From assembly GCA_937903605.1 (NCBI GenBank), contig CALCZC010000025.1:131275-195274 (forward strand): a stretch of 64,000 nucleotides of DNA. Reading direction: 5' to 3'. A model generated the notes under the pieces. The model was not told the origin of the DNA. It did not search any database and saw only the letters and a program-made list of their open reading frames with translations. Each line of letters opens with the position of its first letter. Within the stretch, counting starts at the first letter, position 1. Below, piece after piece: positions 1-9,891 of this stretch. This stretch comes from an uncultured bacterium (GTDB lineage Bacteria > Patescibacteriota > Patescibacteriia > Magasanikbacterales > GWA2-37-8). Made by a program: the position numbers and the translations under genes.

Positions 1-761
1 GGTTCAATATTTTTTTCTACGGGTTTGATATTAAGCAATTTGACCCTTTTGTTATCATAAAAAGTAAAAACTCCTGGCCAAGGGTTTAATCCTCGGAATT
101 GGTTATAAATTTCCACAGCTGACTTGTTAAAATCAATTTGCCCGTCTTCACGCGTAAACATTTTACACAAAGTCGCTTGCTCGTGGTTTTGTTCTTGAGG
201 AGCGATGTCGCCGGCCAAATATTCCCGGATTGTTTTAAGAAGCAGTTCGCAGGCAACAGGCAACATTTTGTCACTAAGTGTCAAATAGTTATCGTTCGGG
301 GCAATAGTCAATTTTTCTTGGGCTAGAATCGGTCCATGGTCCATTTTGCTGTCCATGAGCATGATAGTAACACCAGTTTCTTTTTCACCATTTATAATCG
401 CGGACTGTATCGGGGAGGCGCCACGATATTTCGGGAGTAGAGAAGTATGAATATTTATACTTCCGTGTTTAGCTGAATCTAACACCGTTTGAGGAATAAT
501 AATCCCATATTGGCAAACAATATTTAAATCTGCGCCCAAATTTGGTATTTCGTAGTTTTTTAAACTTTCCGGTTGGAGTATTTTTAAATTATGATCTTCA
601 GCCAATATTTTCACCGGTGATTTTTGGATCTCTTGTTTGCGTCCCACCGGTCTGTCCGGTTGGGTGAATACTGCGACAATTTCAAAATCGGAACTTTTTA
701 TCAAAGCTTCCAAAATGCCTTTGCCAAATTCCTGAGTTCCAAAGAAAATGATTTTAGTCAT
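1..761 (-). CDS. fmt: Methionyl-tRNA formyltransferase (3' end runs off window)
   Basis: Manual translation from ATG at 761: MTKIIFFGTQEFGKG...VFTQPDRPVGRKQ...NIHTSLLPKYRGASPIQ...MDHGPI; follows def. Not in ORF track because it is truncated. Confidence 0.95.
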   Translation of the reverse strand, partial: MTKIIFFGTQEFGKGILEALIKSSDFEIVAVFTQPDRPVGRKQEIQKSPVKILAEDHNLKILQPESLKNYEIPNLGADLNIVCQYGIIIPQTVLDSAKHGSINIHTSLLPKYRGASPIQSAIINGEKETGVTIMLMDSKMDHGPILAQEKLTIAPNDNYLTLSDKMLPVACELLLKTIREYLAGDIAPQEQNHEQATLCKMFTREDGQIDFNKSAVEIYNQFRGLNPWPGVFTFYDNKRVKLLNIKPVEKNIE

Positions 762-764
762 AAT

Positions 765-790
765 AATTTCTGTAATCTCTGCAATCTATC
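765..790. repeat. Solo 9-mer tandem array (AATTTCTGT AATCTCTGC AATCTATC)
   Basis: Same unit as the arrays flanking the four-helix-bundle gene at 50250-50290 and 50696-50736. Confidence 0.6.
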
Positions 791-1277
791 ACAGCGCTTT
801 TTCCGCATGTCTTAGTTTCTTCGCTTTATCGATAAACAAAATTCCATTGAGGTGATCAACTTCGTGCTGAATCACACGGGCGGGGAAGTCAACAGCTTCA
901 AAACAGATTTCTTTACCATGTTCGTCAAGCGCTTTAACTTTGATTTTTTTGTAGCGCTTTACCAAACCATAAATTCCAGGCACGGATAAACAACCCTCTT
1001 CATCCAAGGTTTTAAGAATGCTTTTTTTCTCCCAAAACGGATTTATCAAAATCAAATCTTTTTCTTTGGTCGGGGTAAAATCTTTGGCAATTAGACAAAC
1101 CATGAGTGATTCTCCGACTTGAGGTGCGGCAATGCCAACACCATCTCGGATATACATGGTTTCCGTCAAATCCTTGATAAATTTCTTAAATTTTTTTGAC
1201 CCGATATCTTCTTTGGTAAGTTGTTTGCCAACTTTACGCAAAATAGGATTCGGTTCGGTAAAAATTTCTAATAACAT
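789..1277 (-). CDS. def: Peptide deformylase
   Basis: GVGIAAPQ, EGCLS and HEVDH motifs; start taken at MLLEIF. Confidence 0.96.
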   Translation of the reverse strand: MLLEIFTEPNPILRKVGKQLTKEDIGSKKFKKFIKDLTETMYIRDGVGIAAPQVGESLMVCLIAKDFTPTKEKDLILINPFWEKKSILKTLDEEGCLSVPGIYGLVKRYKKIKVKALDEHGKEICFEAVDFPARVIQHEVDHLNGILFIDKAKKLRHAEKAL

Positions 1278-1278
1278 A

Positions 1279-1731
1279 TTATTTAAAATACATTTTTGCA
1301 CATTCTAAAATTCCCGAAACAAATAAATTATTTAAATTATTTTTTATTTCTTCATAAGACATCCAAGTATACGAAGCGTGCTCATCGCTTATTTTTATAT
1401 CGCCTTCCAAGAGTTTTCCTTCAAACACCAAATAAAAACATCTTGCAAGTTTATTTTGTCTTTTTGAAAACGATTCATGCCTTCCATAAGCAAGTGGTGT
1501 TTCAGATAATAATTCGTATTTTATATCAGACCCAATCTCTTCGTCTGTTTCACGCTTTAAAATTTCAGGTAGTCCAATATTGAATTCTTCTTCACCAATT
1601 CTACCTCCGGGAAAATCATAATATCCATGATACCTTCCGCCGTCTTCAACTTTCAATAATAAAAATTTACCATCTTGATTTTGAAGAATAAGTTTCAATG
1701 AAATTTGATAGTTATCGTAATTTGTAGACAT
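1279..1731 (-). CDS. NUDIX hydrolase
   Basis: FPGGRIGEEE...LKRETDEEIG Nudix-like box; start at MSTNYD avoids overlap with priA. Confidence 0.85.
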   Translation of the reverse strand: MSTNYDNYQISLKLILQNQDGKFLLLKVEDGGRYHGYYDFPGGRIGEEEFNIGLPEILKRETDEEIGSDIKYELLSETPLAYGRHESFSKRQNKLARCFYLVFEGKLLEGDIKISDEHASYTWMSYEEIKNNLNNLFVSGILECAKMYFK

Positions 1732-1732
1732 A

Positions 1733-3601
1733 TTATACTGAAAATAGCGTGCTTGGATTTGGGTCAACCTTCCAATTTTTTGGAATAATCTTATTAATTT
1801 CTTTGATTACAGTGTGATAATTTTCATATCCCAGACGAATAAGCAATATATAACGATAATTTCCTTTTTGAAAATAGGGGATTGCTTGATGCGGACCGCT
1901 TATTTTAGCGCTTTTAACGGTTTTTGTCAAGTCTTCCAGGTGGTTTTTCAAAATATTTGCTTCTTTGATAGCTAAATTGGCGTTGGGAGAAAAAATAGCT
2001 AATTTTAGCCAATAATTAAAAGGTGGATATTGAAAAATAGATCTTTCCAATAATTGATTTTTATAAAAATCATCAGGTTTGTTTAGAGAAGAAAATAAAT
2101 AATGACCAGGATGAGAAGTCTGTAAAATAACGGAGCTTTCCAAAGATGTTTTATAAAATGAATCACGAATTTTTTGCCAAAGATGTTCTATGTTTTTATA
2201 TTCCGTAGACATGAGAGAAGGATCGGTGTTGATAAAACAAATCAATTTTATTTTTGACCAAGGGATAAGAGCCCAGGCCATTTCAGTCCCTACATAAATA
2301 GTTCCCGGTCTATGTTCAAAAGTCGTATTTTTTTCAAGTTCAGAATCTAGGCGTACAATTTGAAAATGTTTTAACTCCGATTCTTTGCGCAATTCTTTTT
2401 CTACACTCTCTGTTCCGGGGTTACGCATCTTCAGGTTAAAACTTTGACAATTGGGGCAAGATCCGATAAGAGGTTGAACAGACTCACAAAAATTACAACG
2501 TAACTCTTTTTTATTACCAAAATAAGCCAAAGGCCGGCCGCATTTCTGACAAAGAAAAGGTTTTTTACAATCACCGCAAAAAAGATAACCAGCGCTCCCT
2601 TTTTTATTTAAAAACATAAAGGCGGAATCTTTACGGTCTAAGTTCTTTAATTCTTCCAAAAGTTCAAAACTCAAAGGAGAATAGTTTTTAGCGCGTTTTT
2701 CTAAATTTAAATCAATGAGCTTAAAAGATTTTTTGAGATTATTCAAATTTCCTTCCAAAATATATTTTTTTTGTTCGGCAAAATAAAAAGAAGAAATGGA
2801 AGGGGAATGAGAAATCAAATAAATCTGACAACCGGTAAATTTAGAAAGTAACATGGCGGCATCGCGAGTGTGATAACGCGGAGCCATATCGTAGGATTTA
2901 TAATTTTCATTTCCTTCATCAAGAATGAAAACATTTTTTAAATTCGTCCAGGGTAAAAATAGAGCTTTGCGGGTGCCGATTACCAAGACATCTTCATTTT
3001 TTCGTATTTTTTTCCAAAGTGACGAAGTTTTTTTATCCGTCAAATCACTACTTAAAACCACAGTAGGAAATTTATCAGAAAAATATTTTTCTAATTTTAC
3101 AAGATCGTTTTTTTCCGGAGTTAGAATCAGGTTTTGTCCGCTAAGAGAAATATTTTTTTGTAAAAAATCCTCTGTAGTAGAGTTATCAGGAGTGACAACA
3201 AGATGGGGTTTAGCTGAATTTTTTTTTGCAAAATAATCCGAAAAATCTGATACTGTCAAATCGTTAAAAAACTTTTTTGTAAATTTGGGAAAACTGAATT
3301 TATATATAAAACCAAGATCAGTGGCATAAAACGAGGATATTTCTTTATAATATTCAAAAATAGATTGGGGTAAAAAGGGTGTAGAAAAACAAATTTTATT
3401 CAAAGCGCGCAATTTAGTTTGATTTTTCAAAAGAGAATTTTGTTCCAAAGAATAAACTAGACCATATTCGTTGTTGTTGCGAAAAGGTATTTCTACAAGT
3501 TGACCGATTTTTATTTCTTTTTCTAAATTTTTTGAGACCAAATAATCAAAATAATTTATTTTGGGTGGCATTCTGCGGAAAAGTATTATTTGTGCCCGCA
3601 T
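1733..3601 (-). CDS. priA: Primosomal protein N' (PriA) with degenerate helicase motifs
   Basis: N-terminal FDY..GQLVEIPFRN, four CxxC pairs, PRYHTRD, GTESVE, QYPPF; upstream of def-fmt. Confidence 0.88.
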   Translation of the reverse strand: MRAQIILFRRMPPKINYFDYLVSKNLEKEIKIGQLVEIPFRNNNEYGLVYSLEQNSLLKNQTKLRALNKICFSTPFLPQSIFEYYKEISSFYATDLGFIYKFSFPKFTKKFFNDLTVSDFSDYFAKKNSAKPHLVVTPDNSTTEDFLQKNISLSGQNLILTPEKNDLVKLEKYFSDKFPTVVLSSDLTDKKTSSLWKKIRKNEDVLVIGTRKALFLPWTNLKNVFILDEGNENYKSYDMAPRYHTRDAAMLLSKFTGCQIYLISHSPSISSFYFAEQKKYILEGNLNNLKKSFKLIDLNLEKRAKNYSPLSFELLEELKNLDRKDSAFMFLNKKGSAGYLFCGDCKKPFLCQKCGRPLAYFGNKKELRCNFCESVQPLIGSCPNCQSFNLKMRNPGTESVEKELRKESELKHFQIVRLDSELEKNTTFEHRPGTIYVGTEMAWALIPWSKIKLICFINTDPSLMSTEYKNIEHLWQKIRDSFYKTSLESSVILQTSHPGHYLFSSLNKPDDFYKNQLLERSIFQYPPFNYWLKLAIFSPNANLAIKEANILKNHLEDLTKTVKSAKISGPHQAIPYFQKGNYRYILLIRLGYENYHTVIKEINKIIPKNWKVDPNPSTLFSV

Positions 3602-3605
3602 AAAA

Positions 3606-4397
3606 TTATATTTTGAAGTAAGCGGTAAGATAACCGACACCAAACGGTGCTTCATAACAAAGCTGTCTATAGTCGCAATTAATACCCTGTAAAATGCCGG
3701 CTAGAATAAGTAAAGATCTAAAACCACATTCCGCCGCCGAAGATATTAGTTCGGGTTTGAGCTGTAGCATACCAGCTAAATTTTGAGTAGAGAGAAGTTC
3801 TTGTATTTTAGTATCAAAAATTTTTCCTTCAGAAGTGTAGCCGGCCGGCGCTTCGGTGGTTAACGCATGGGACATGTCACCTGAAGCTATCACCGCCACT
3901 CTTTTGTTGGAAGATAAAATAACTTCTTGTAAAATGTTTCCAAATTCAACATGAGTTTTATTTGGCAAGTCACAAAAACCCAATTGCAATAATCCAAAAT
4001 TTTTTAAATGAGAAGTTAAAAAATAAAGAGGAACTCCACTACCATGATCCAGAGACGATTCACTAATGGTGGCGGTTGGAATATTTTGTTCAAAAGAATT
4101 TTTACGTATTTTGTAAGCCAACATGGTTTCACCTTTAAATTTTATTTTTGTGGCCAAATCTCCAAACTCTTTAAAATCCGTGATGAATTCCGGACAGGCA
4201 TTTATTGTAAAAGCGTCAACAAAAAAACTACCATGGGGAGAAATGATGATTATAATATCCGGATGGGTCGCATATAACTCTTTTTCCATCTGAAGCAAAG
4301 CTTTCTTTGTTTTATCTACTTTTTTAGCTTCTTCCTTACCGATAGTCGGTAAAATTAAAGGTGGGTGCGGGGTAATCCCGGCAAAGACTAATGACAT
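3606..4397 (-). CDS. AmmeMemoRadiSam protein B / LigB-MEMO-like protein
   Basis: PHPP, ISPH, LDHG, ASGDMSH, AECG, YEAPFGVGY motifs. Confidence 0.85.
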   Translation of the reverse strand: MSLVFAGITPHPPLILPTIGKEEAKKVDKTKKALLQMEKELYATHPDIIIIISPHGSFFVDAFTINACPEFITDFKEFGDLATKIKFKGETMLAYKIRKNSFEQNIPTATISESSLDHGSGVPLYFLTSHLKNFGLLQLGFCDLPNKTHVEFGNILQEVILSSNKRVAVIASGDMSHALTTEAPAGYTSEGKIFDTKIQELLSTQNLAGMLQLKPELISSAAECGFRSLLILAGILQGINCDYRQLCYEAPFGVGYLTAYFKI

Positions 4398-4401
4398 ATG
4401 A

Positions 4402-6780
4402 TTATGGTTTTTGACTGGCTATTTGGGCGTATTTTTCCAAAGCTGCCCATTGGGCTATTTTATCAGGTTCGATAAAACGATTTTTATAATCTTTGTTGCC
4501 CAAAGTGATAATGATATATTGTTTTCCGGTTCTTGTTTTGGAATAATTGTCCAGTGCTTGTTTGGTGGCAGTGCCGTAATAACCGGTATTACTCTTGTGT
4601 TTAAAGAATCCTTCTTTACGCAAAAGTGCCTGGAGTTGTTTGACTTGATTGTTAGTTTGTCCAAACTTTACTTTTTCAGCCAAGTTTATTATTGGGTCGT
4701 TTATTTTTCCTTCGATAAGCATGAGTAATGTTGAGCTGGCCTCATCGGTAAAACCCGTTTTACTGGCTAAAATTTTATAATTTTTTGTTGTTCCCAAAAG
4801 CTTGTTAGTGTTATTTAAAGTTTGGGTTGAAACTTTTTTTCCGGAAGTCTTGGTTATTTTGTAAGACTTTAAACCCAAAGCTTCTTTGATTTCTTTTTTA
4901 TCAAGCGCTTTGACGAAAATTTTTAACAAATCTCTGGCAGTGGAAACATTTTGTTCACTCAAACCGGAGACATCGGATATTTTTGTATTATCCGCACCCC
5001 AATCTTCCAAACGTTTATTGATGTTTTGTATAAATTCCGTTTCGTTCACCCCGCTATTTTGAGCGATAATATTGGAAACATTGTTTACAGAACCAACCAA
5101 CATACCATAAAATAAATCTTTATTTTTAATTTTATCACCGTTTATTAGGTTAAGAGGATTACTGTCAGAAGCTTGTTTTTTGGCATCAAAAACCGAAGTT
5201 TTACTGAGACTAAAGTCAGTAACCAGAGCTTCATAGGCGGTTAAAATTTTAGTTAGAGAAGCTATAGGAAAGGCCGTATCAATATTTTTTCCGGAAATTA
5301 TACGACCACTAGGGAATTCAGCTACCAAATAAGCCGGCAAATTGGTTTTGTATAAGTCTTCAACTGTCATACCGCTATCACCCAAAAATTTATTTTTGGA
5401 AGAAGCCAAGCTATTGTTGACATATATGGAATCGCCTTCAGCCATGGACAATAATGTTGAAAGTTCGGCAGTGACTAAATTTTTATAATTATAACCCATT
5501 GCCAAAAAAGTTTCTTCATCGGCAATACGTCTTTTTTTACCTTTATCGATAACGTAAATAATATTTCTATCCTTCATTTTAAGCAAAGTTCCATCGGCAA
5601 AAGTTATTAATTTATCGGAAATAGCATAAGTGGCAATATCTTTTTTTTGCTTGTTTTCAATTTCCAATCCCGGGTAGTTGGTTTTGGCTACTTCAGATGC
5701 TGTTAGGGGAAACAAAACACCGTCTTTAAATAGGAAATGAGCGTTGGCTGCATCGGTAATTTTATAAATAACACCTTGAGGTTTGGTTGTAGAGGTGGTA
5801 ATTGTCGGGCCGATTTCATAACCACTCATCTCATTTTCAGTTGCTTCGATTATTTCTTGTGGATTAAAACCCAGTTTTCTAACAGTCTCTTCATTGGCAA
5901 AAGGTCGTTTAGTGTCATAATCAAGTAAATAATAAGCACGTTCCGTTTTGATAATGGAATAGTTGGGAAAATTAATAGGGGCACCTTCCGGATAATTTAT
6001 CAGGTCAGTATCAGGAACGATAACCGCTAAATTTGGATTGGATCGAGAAATCAAAACCGTCTTGCTTTCAAAAGGTCTTTTTTTGCCATCAGAAATCAAA
6101 TAATATTTTTCCGAAGTGGCGGCTTGTAGAATTGTGCCGTTGGGATAGATAGAAGCAAACCAATTATTCCAAATTCGCCAAAAATTTTTATTTCCATTTA
6201 AATGAGGAGTATAGGTATATAAAAAAGCGGTAGCCCAGCTCTGAGGAACGACCTGTTGATTATTGATAAAGACCGGAGAATTTATTTTTTTCACTACGCT
6301 ATGAGAAGTATTGTTATAGTACCAACGGATTATCCCGGCGGCGTTATCAACTTGTTTGGCAAAGCCTTTGTATTTTTGAATTTTCGGATCATTCATACTG
6401 CAAGAATCACAAACCGCATAACCCATCGCCCAATCAAGTTGTTTTTGAGTGGGGGAGTTGTCCATCACCAGACTTTGTTCCTTCTGTAAATTCACCAAAA
6501 GAAATTTGGGATTAATGTTGTATCTTTGTGCAGCCTCATAAATTATTTGTGCGGCTGTTTTGTGGCAATCATCTATGTCCAAAGCCGAATAAGTTGCCAA
6601 ATAACTTCCCTTGGCTTCTAAAAATTTTTGGACATCCCGAACGGTCATAGAACTGCTTTGTTGCATCTCTTCGTCGGAAATAATAAAATTAGGATTAAAT
6701 TCCGTTTGTGCCAAGGAAAAAATAGGTAAAAGTAGACTAAATAAACATATAAAAATAAAGGCAATTTTGGATAGTCTCAT
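4402..6780 (-). CDS. Secreted multidomain protein with C-terminal D-Ala-D-Ala carboxypeptidase (peptidase S11)
   Basis: Signal peptide; ASLTK (SxxK), SVN, KTG; NVSTARDL; repeated YxIxxGKKR modules; PG-binding-like segment. Confidence 0.8.
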   Translation of the reverse strand: MRLSKIAFIFICLFSLLLPIFSLAQTEFNPNFIISDEEMQQSSSMTVRDVQKFLEAKGSYLATYSALDIDDCHKTAAQIIYEAAQRYNINPKFLLVNLQKEQSLVMDNSPTQKQLDWAMGYAVCDSCSMNDPKIQKYKGFAKQVDNAAGIIRWYYNNTSHSVVKKINSPVFINNQQVVPQSWATAFLYTYTPHLNGNKNFWRIWNNWFASIYPNGTILQAATSEKYYLISDGKKRPFESKTVLISRSNPNLAVIVPDTDLINYPEGAPINFPNYSIIKTERAYYLLDYDTKRPFANEETVRKLGFNPQEIIEATENEMSGYEIGPTITTSTTKPQGVIYKITDAANAHFLFKDGVLFPLTASEVAKTNYPGLEIENKQKKDIATYAISDKLITFADGTLLKMKDRNIIYVIDKGKKRRIADEETFLAMGYNYKNLVTAELSTLLSMAEGDSIYVNNSLASSKNKFLGDSGMTVEDLYKTNLPAYLVAEFPSGRIISGKNIDTAFPIASLTKILTAYEALVTDFSLSKTSVFDAKKQASDSNPLNLINGDKIKNKDLFYGMLVGSVNNVSNIIAQNSGVNETEFIQNINKRLEDWGADNTKISDVSGLSEQNVSTARDLLKIFVKALDKKEIKEALGLKSYKITKTSGKKVSTQTLNNTNKLLGTTKNYKILASKTGFTDEASSTLLMLIEGKINDPIINLAEKVKFGQTNNQVKQLQALLRKEGFFKHKSNTGYYGTATKQALDNYSKTRTGKQYIIITLGNKDYKNRFIEPDKIAQWAALEKYAQIASQKP

Positions 6781-6832
6781 AAAAAATTCAAATTATTTTT
6801 CTATATGTTTATTTTAACATTTTTTCAAATAT

Positions 6833-6861
6833 AAAACAACCCCTTTTTACAGGGTTGTTTT
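6833..6861 (-). terminator. Intrinsic terminator after clpB
   Basis: AAAACAACCC...GGGTTGTTTT hairpin. Confidence 0.7.
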
Positions 6862-6866
6862 ACGAC

Positions 6867-9500
6867 TTACTTTATAACTATTTCATTTTTGTTGAGAGAA
6901 ATTTTTACTTTCTGTCCTTCTTTAATTTTGCCTTCAATAATAAGTAAGGATAGTTTGTCTAGAAGTTCGTTTTGAATAACGCGTTTAAGCGGACGAGCAC
7001 CATAATTGACATCATATCCTTTTTCCGCTAGATATTTTTTAATTTTATCTTCAAAAGAAAGATAAATCTTTTTTTCCGCCAAACGTTTTTCCGTTTGAAT
7101 CAATTGTAATTCTACTATTTTTTCAATTTCTTTTTCTCCCAAAGAATGAAAGACTATAGTTTCGTCAATGCGATTGAGAAACTCTGGTTTAAAATAATCA
7201 TTGAGCGATTCGGTAATTTTTTCTTTGATTTTTTCTTCTTCGTTCATCTTTTTCTTACGTGATTCAGAAAAACCAAACTCACTATTTTTGCGAAGGTTTA
7301 AAATAGCTTCACTGCCAATATTGGAAGTCATGATAATAACGGTATTTTTGAAATTAACAACACGGCCTTTGGCGTCTGTGATTCGGCCGTCGTCAAGTAT
7401 TTGTAACATGATATTAAAAACATCTCCGTGTGCTTTTTCTATTTCATCAAACAAAATTACACTATATGGTCGACGACGAATGATTTCCGTCAATTGACCG
7501 CCTTCGTCATATCCGACATATCCCGGGGGAGAACCGATGATTTTACTGACACTATGTTTTTCCATGTATTCACTCATGTCTACTCTCACCAAAGAATCCG
7601 GGGTATCAAATAAAAACTCAGCCAGTGTTTTTGCCAATTCTGTTTTACCAACTCCGGTTGGACCCAGAAAAATAAATGAACCTATCGGACGATTGGGTTC
7701 GGAAATACCGGCGCGACTTCTACGAATAGCTCTGGATACCGCGATTACGGCTTCGTCTTGTCCGATAACGCGTTTTTTCAACTCTTCTTCCATATCAATT
7801 AGTTTTTCCGTATCACTTTGTAACATTTTATTGACAGGAATTCCGGTCCAGCGTGAAACTACGCCGGCTATATCGTTTTCCGTAATTTCCTCTTTTAAGA
7901 TTCCGCGGTTTTTTTGTATTTCACGTAATTTCTTTTCACTTTCTTTGATCTCATTTTCTAATTCAGAAATTTTTCCGTAACGTAACTCGGCGACTTTTTG
8001 TAAATCTCCTTTACGTTCTTCAATGTCAGCTTGTTGTTTGGTTTTATCAATCTCTTTTTTGAGATTATGAATTTTTTCTATAGCTTCTTTCTCGTTTTTC
8101 CATCTTGCTTCCAATTCAGTGGCTTTTTCTTTGATTTCCGCCAAATCTTTTTCCAATTTTTTTAGTTGTTCTTTGGCATCCTGTGTTTTTTCACTACCTA
8201 AAGCGCGTTTTTCAATTTCTAATTTTATTATTTGTCTTTTGAATCGATCCAATTCTTCAGGCATAGATTCCACCTCTAGGCGTAAAGCTGAAGCGGCTTC
8301 ATCTATCAAATCAATAGCCTTATCCGGTAAAAATCTGTCGGTAATATAACGTTCGGAAAGTTTAACCGCGGAAACAATCGCTGAATCTGTAATTTTAACT
8401 CCATGGTGCACTTCGTATTTTTCTTTAATTCCGCGCAAAATAGCGATAGCATCATCTTCATTTGGTTCAGCAACCAAAACAGGTTGAAATCGACGTTCCA
8501 GAGCCGCGTCTTTTTCAATATATTTTTGATATTCTTTCAAAGTAGTGGCACCGATAGCTCGCAGTTCACCGCGGGCCAGCATCGGTTTGAGCATGTTGGC
8601 GGCATCAATAGAACCTTCAGAAGATCCGGCTCCAACAATAGTATGAAGCTCATCAATAAATAAAATTATTTTTCCGGCTGCGGCATCAACTTCTTTGAGC
8701 ACGGCTTTGAGACGATCTTCAAATTCACCTCTGAATTTTGAGCCGGCAACCAAGGAAGAGATGTCCAAAGTTATCAATTCTTTATTTTTGAGTGATTCCG
8801 GAACGTCTTTATTGACTATCCGTTGCGCTAACCCTTCGGCAATGGCCGTTTTACCAGTACCCGGTTCGCCAATAAGTACCGGATTGTTTTTTGTTCGACG
8901 AGTAAGAATCTGCATCACACGACGAATTTCTTCATCTCGCCCGATAACAGGATCGATTTTTTCTTTACGTGCCAGTTCAGTTAAATTCTTACCGTATTTT
9001 TTCAAAGCATCATATTTGCTTTCTGGTTCAGGAGAATCAACTTTTTGATTACCACGGATAGAAGCCAGAACCTTGAGCACCTCATCGTAATTTATTTTAT
9101 AAATTGATAAAATTTCACTGATGGGATTTTTACCTGAAAGTAAAGAAAGAAAAAGGTGTTCAACACTGATATAATCATCACCCATTTTTTTTGCGATTTC
9201 TCCGGAATTTTGCAAAACAAAAACCGTTGCTGGAGAAAGCATGAGTTGTCCGTTTTGAAGTAGGGGAGAAGCACCGGGATTTTTTGGTATTTTATTAAGC
9301 AATTTTTCCATTTCCGCGTGAATTTGAGAAACTGAGATGTTCATTTTACACAAAACTGAAGCCGTTACTCCTTCCTCATCTTGGAGCATAGCTAAAATCA
9401 AGTGTGGTGGATCTACTTGTCCATGACCATTTTGTGTGGCAATTTGTGCCGAAATTTGAATAATTTCTTGAGATTTAGTGGTAAAATTGTTTGGAAACAT
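6867..9500 (-). CDS. clpB: ATP-dependent disaggregase ClpB
   Basis: Two AAA+ modules ([16 protein letters not shown]), long coiled-coil middle domain, PPGYVGY. Confidence 0.96.
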   Translation of the reverse strand: MFPNNFTTKSQEIIQISAQIATQNGHGQVDPPHLILAMLQDEEGVTASVLCKMNISVSQIHAEMEKLLNKIPKNPGASPLLQNGQLMLSPATVFVLQNSGEIAKKMGDDYISVEHLFLSLLSGKNPISEILSIYKINYDEVLKVLASIRGNQKVDSPEPESKYDALKKYGKNLTELARKEKIDPVIGRDEEIRRVMQILTRRTKNNPVLIGEPGTGKTAIAEGLAQRIVNKDVPESLKNKELITLDISSLVAGSKFRGEFEDRLKAVLKEVDAAAGKIILFIDELHTIVGAGSSEGSIDAANMLKPMLARGELRAIGATTLKEYQKYIEKDAALERRFQPVLVAEPNEDDAIAILRGIKEKYEVHHGVKITDSAIVSAVKLSERYITDRFLPDKAIDLIDEAASALRLEVESMPEELDRFKRQIIKLEIEKRALGSEKTQDAKEQLKKLEKDLAEIKEKATELEARWKNEKEAIEKIHNLKKEIDKTKQQADIEERKGDLQKVAELRYGKISELENEIKESEKKLREIQKNRGILKEEITENDIAGVVSRWTGIPVNKMLQSDTEKLIDMEEELKKRVIGQDEAVIAVSRAIRRSRAGISEPNRPIGSFIFLGPTGVGKTELAKTLAEFLFDTPDSLVRVDMSEYMEKHSVSKIIGSPPGYVGYDEGGQLTEIIRRRPYSVILFDEIEKAHGDVFNIMLQILDDGRITDAKGRVVNFKNTVIIMTSNIGSEAILNLRKNSEFGFSESRKKKMNEEEKIKEKITESLNDYFKPEFLNRIDETIVFHSLGEKEIEKIVELQLIQTEKRLAEKKIYLSFEDKIKKYLAEKGYDVNYGARPLKRVIQNELLDKLSLLIIEGKIKEGQKVKISLNKNEIVIK

Positions 9501-9545
9501 ATAATTAAATTTAGCTTACCACGTAGCGCGGAGCGCTTTATGTGG

Positions 9546-9572
9546 TTATCACTCCATAACAGAGAGTGATAA
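9546..9572 (-). promoter_or_regulatory. CIRCE-like operator (HrcA) upstream of clpB
   Basis: TTATCACTC-N9-GAGTGATAA perfect inverted repeat; canonical CIRCE is TTAGCACTC-N9-GAGTGCTAA. Confidence 0.8.
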
Positions 9573-9573
9573 T

Positions 9574-9601
9574 ATTGTAGCACGAGATAAAAATTTGTCA
9601 A
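9574..9601 (-). promoter_or_regulatory. sigma70 promoter of clpB
   Basis: Minus strand TTGACA-16nt-TACAAT with extended TG. Confidence 0.7.
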
Positions 9602-9688
9602 ATGGGGTTATTTATTGACAAATTTTCATTTAAAAGCTACTATTTTTGTCATAGTTCTTTTATTTTTTAAAAGGAGGTAGTGCTTTTA

Positions 9689-9807
9689 GTGAAAAAATAA
9701 TCAATTTAGTTTTAGTGATCCTTATTTCCGGTTGCATAGCTGGAATAGGCGCAATCTTAATCTTGAGAGTTCTTTTGAACCAAGTTATGGGAAAAAACAA
9801 ACAATAA
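9689..9807 (+). pseudogene. Small membrane peptide gene frameshifted in an A6 run
   Basis: TTGACA-17-TACTAT promoter, AGGAGGT, then GTG AAA AAA TAA; one extra A gives MKKIINLVLVILISGCIAGIGAILILRVLLNQVMGKNKQ; terminator at 9815-9837. Confidence 0.45.
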
Positions 9808-9891
9808 CATTTTTAGGGACTAAATAGTCCCTTTTTTGTTTGAATTTTTTCGATAAATAAGGTAAAATATATCGGCTAAAGTATTTTAGAT

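Noticed and set aside
7201-9048. Plus-strand ORFs over clpB, and similar shadow ORFs over lysS, mreB, uvrD, metK, thyX and hppA
   Set aside because: Antisense shadows of well-supported genes
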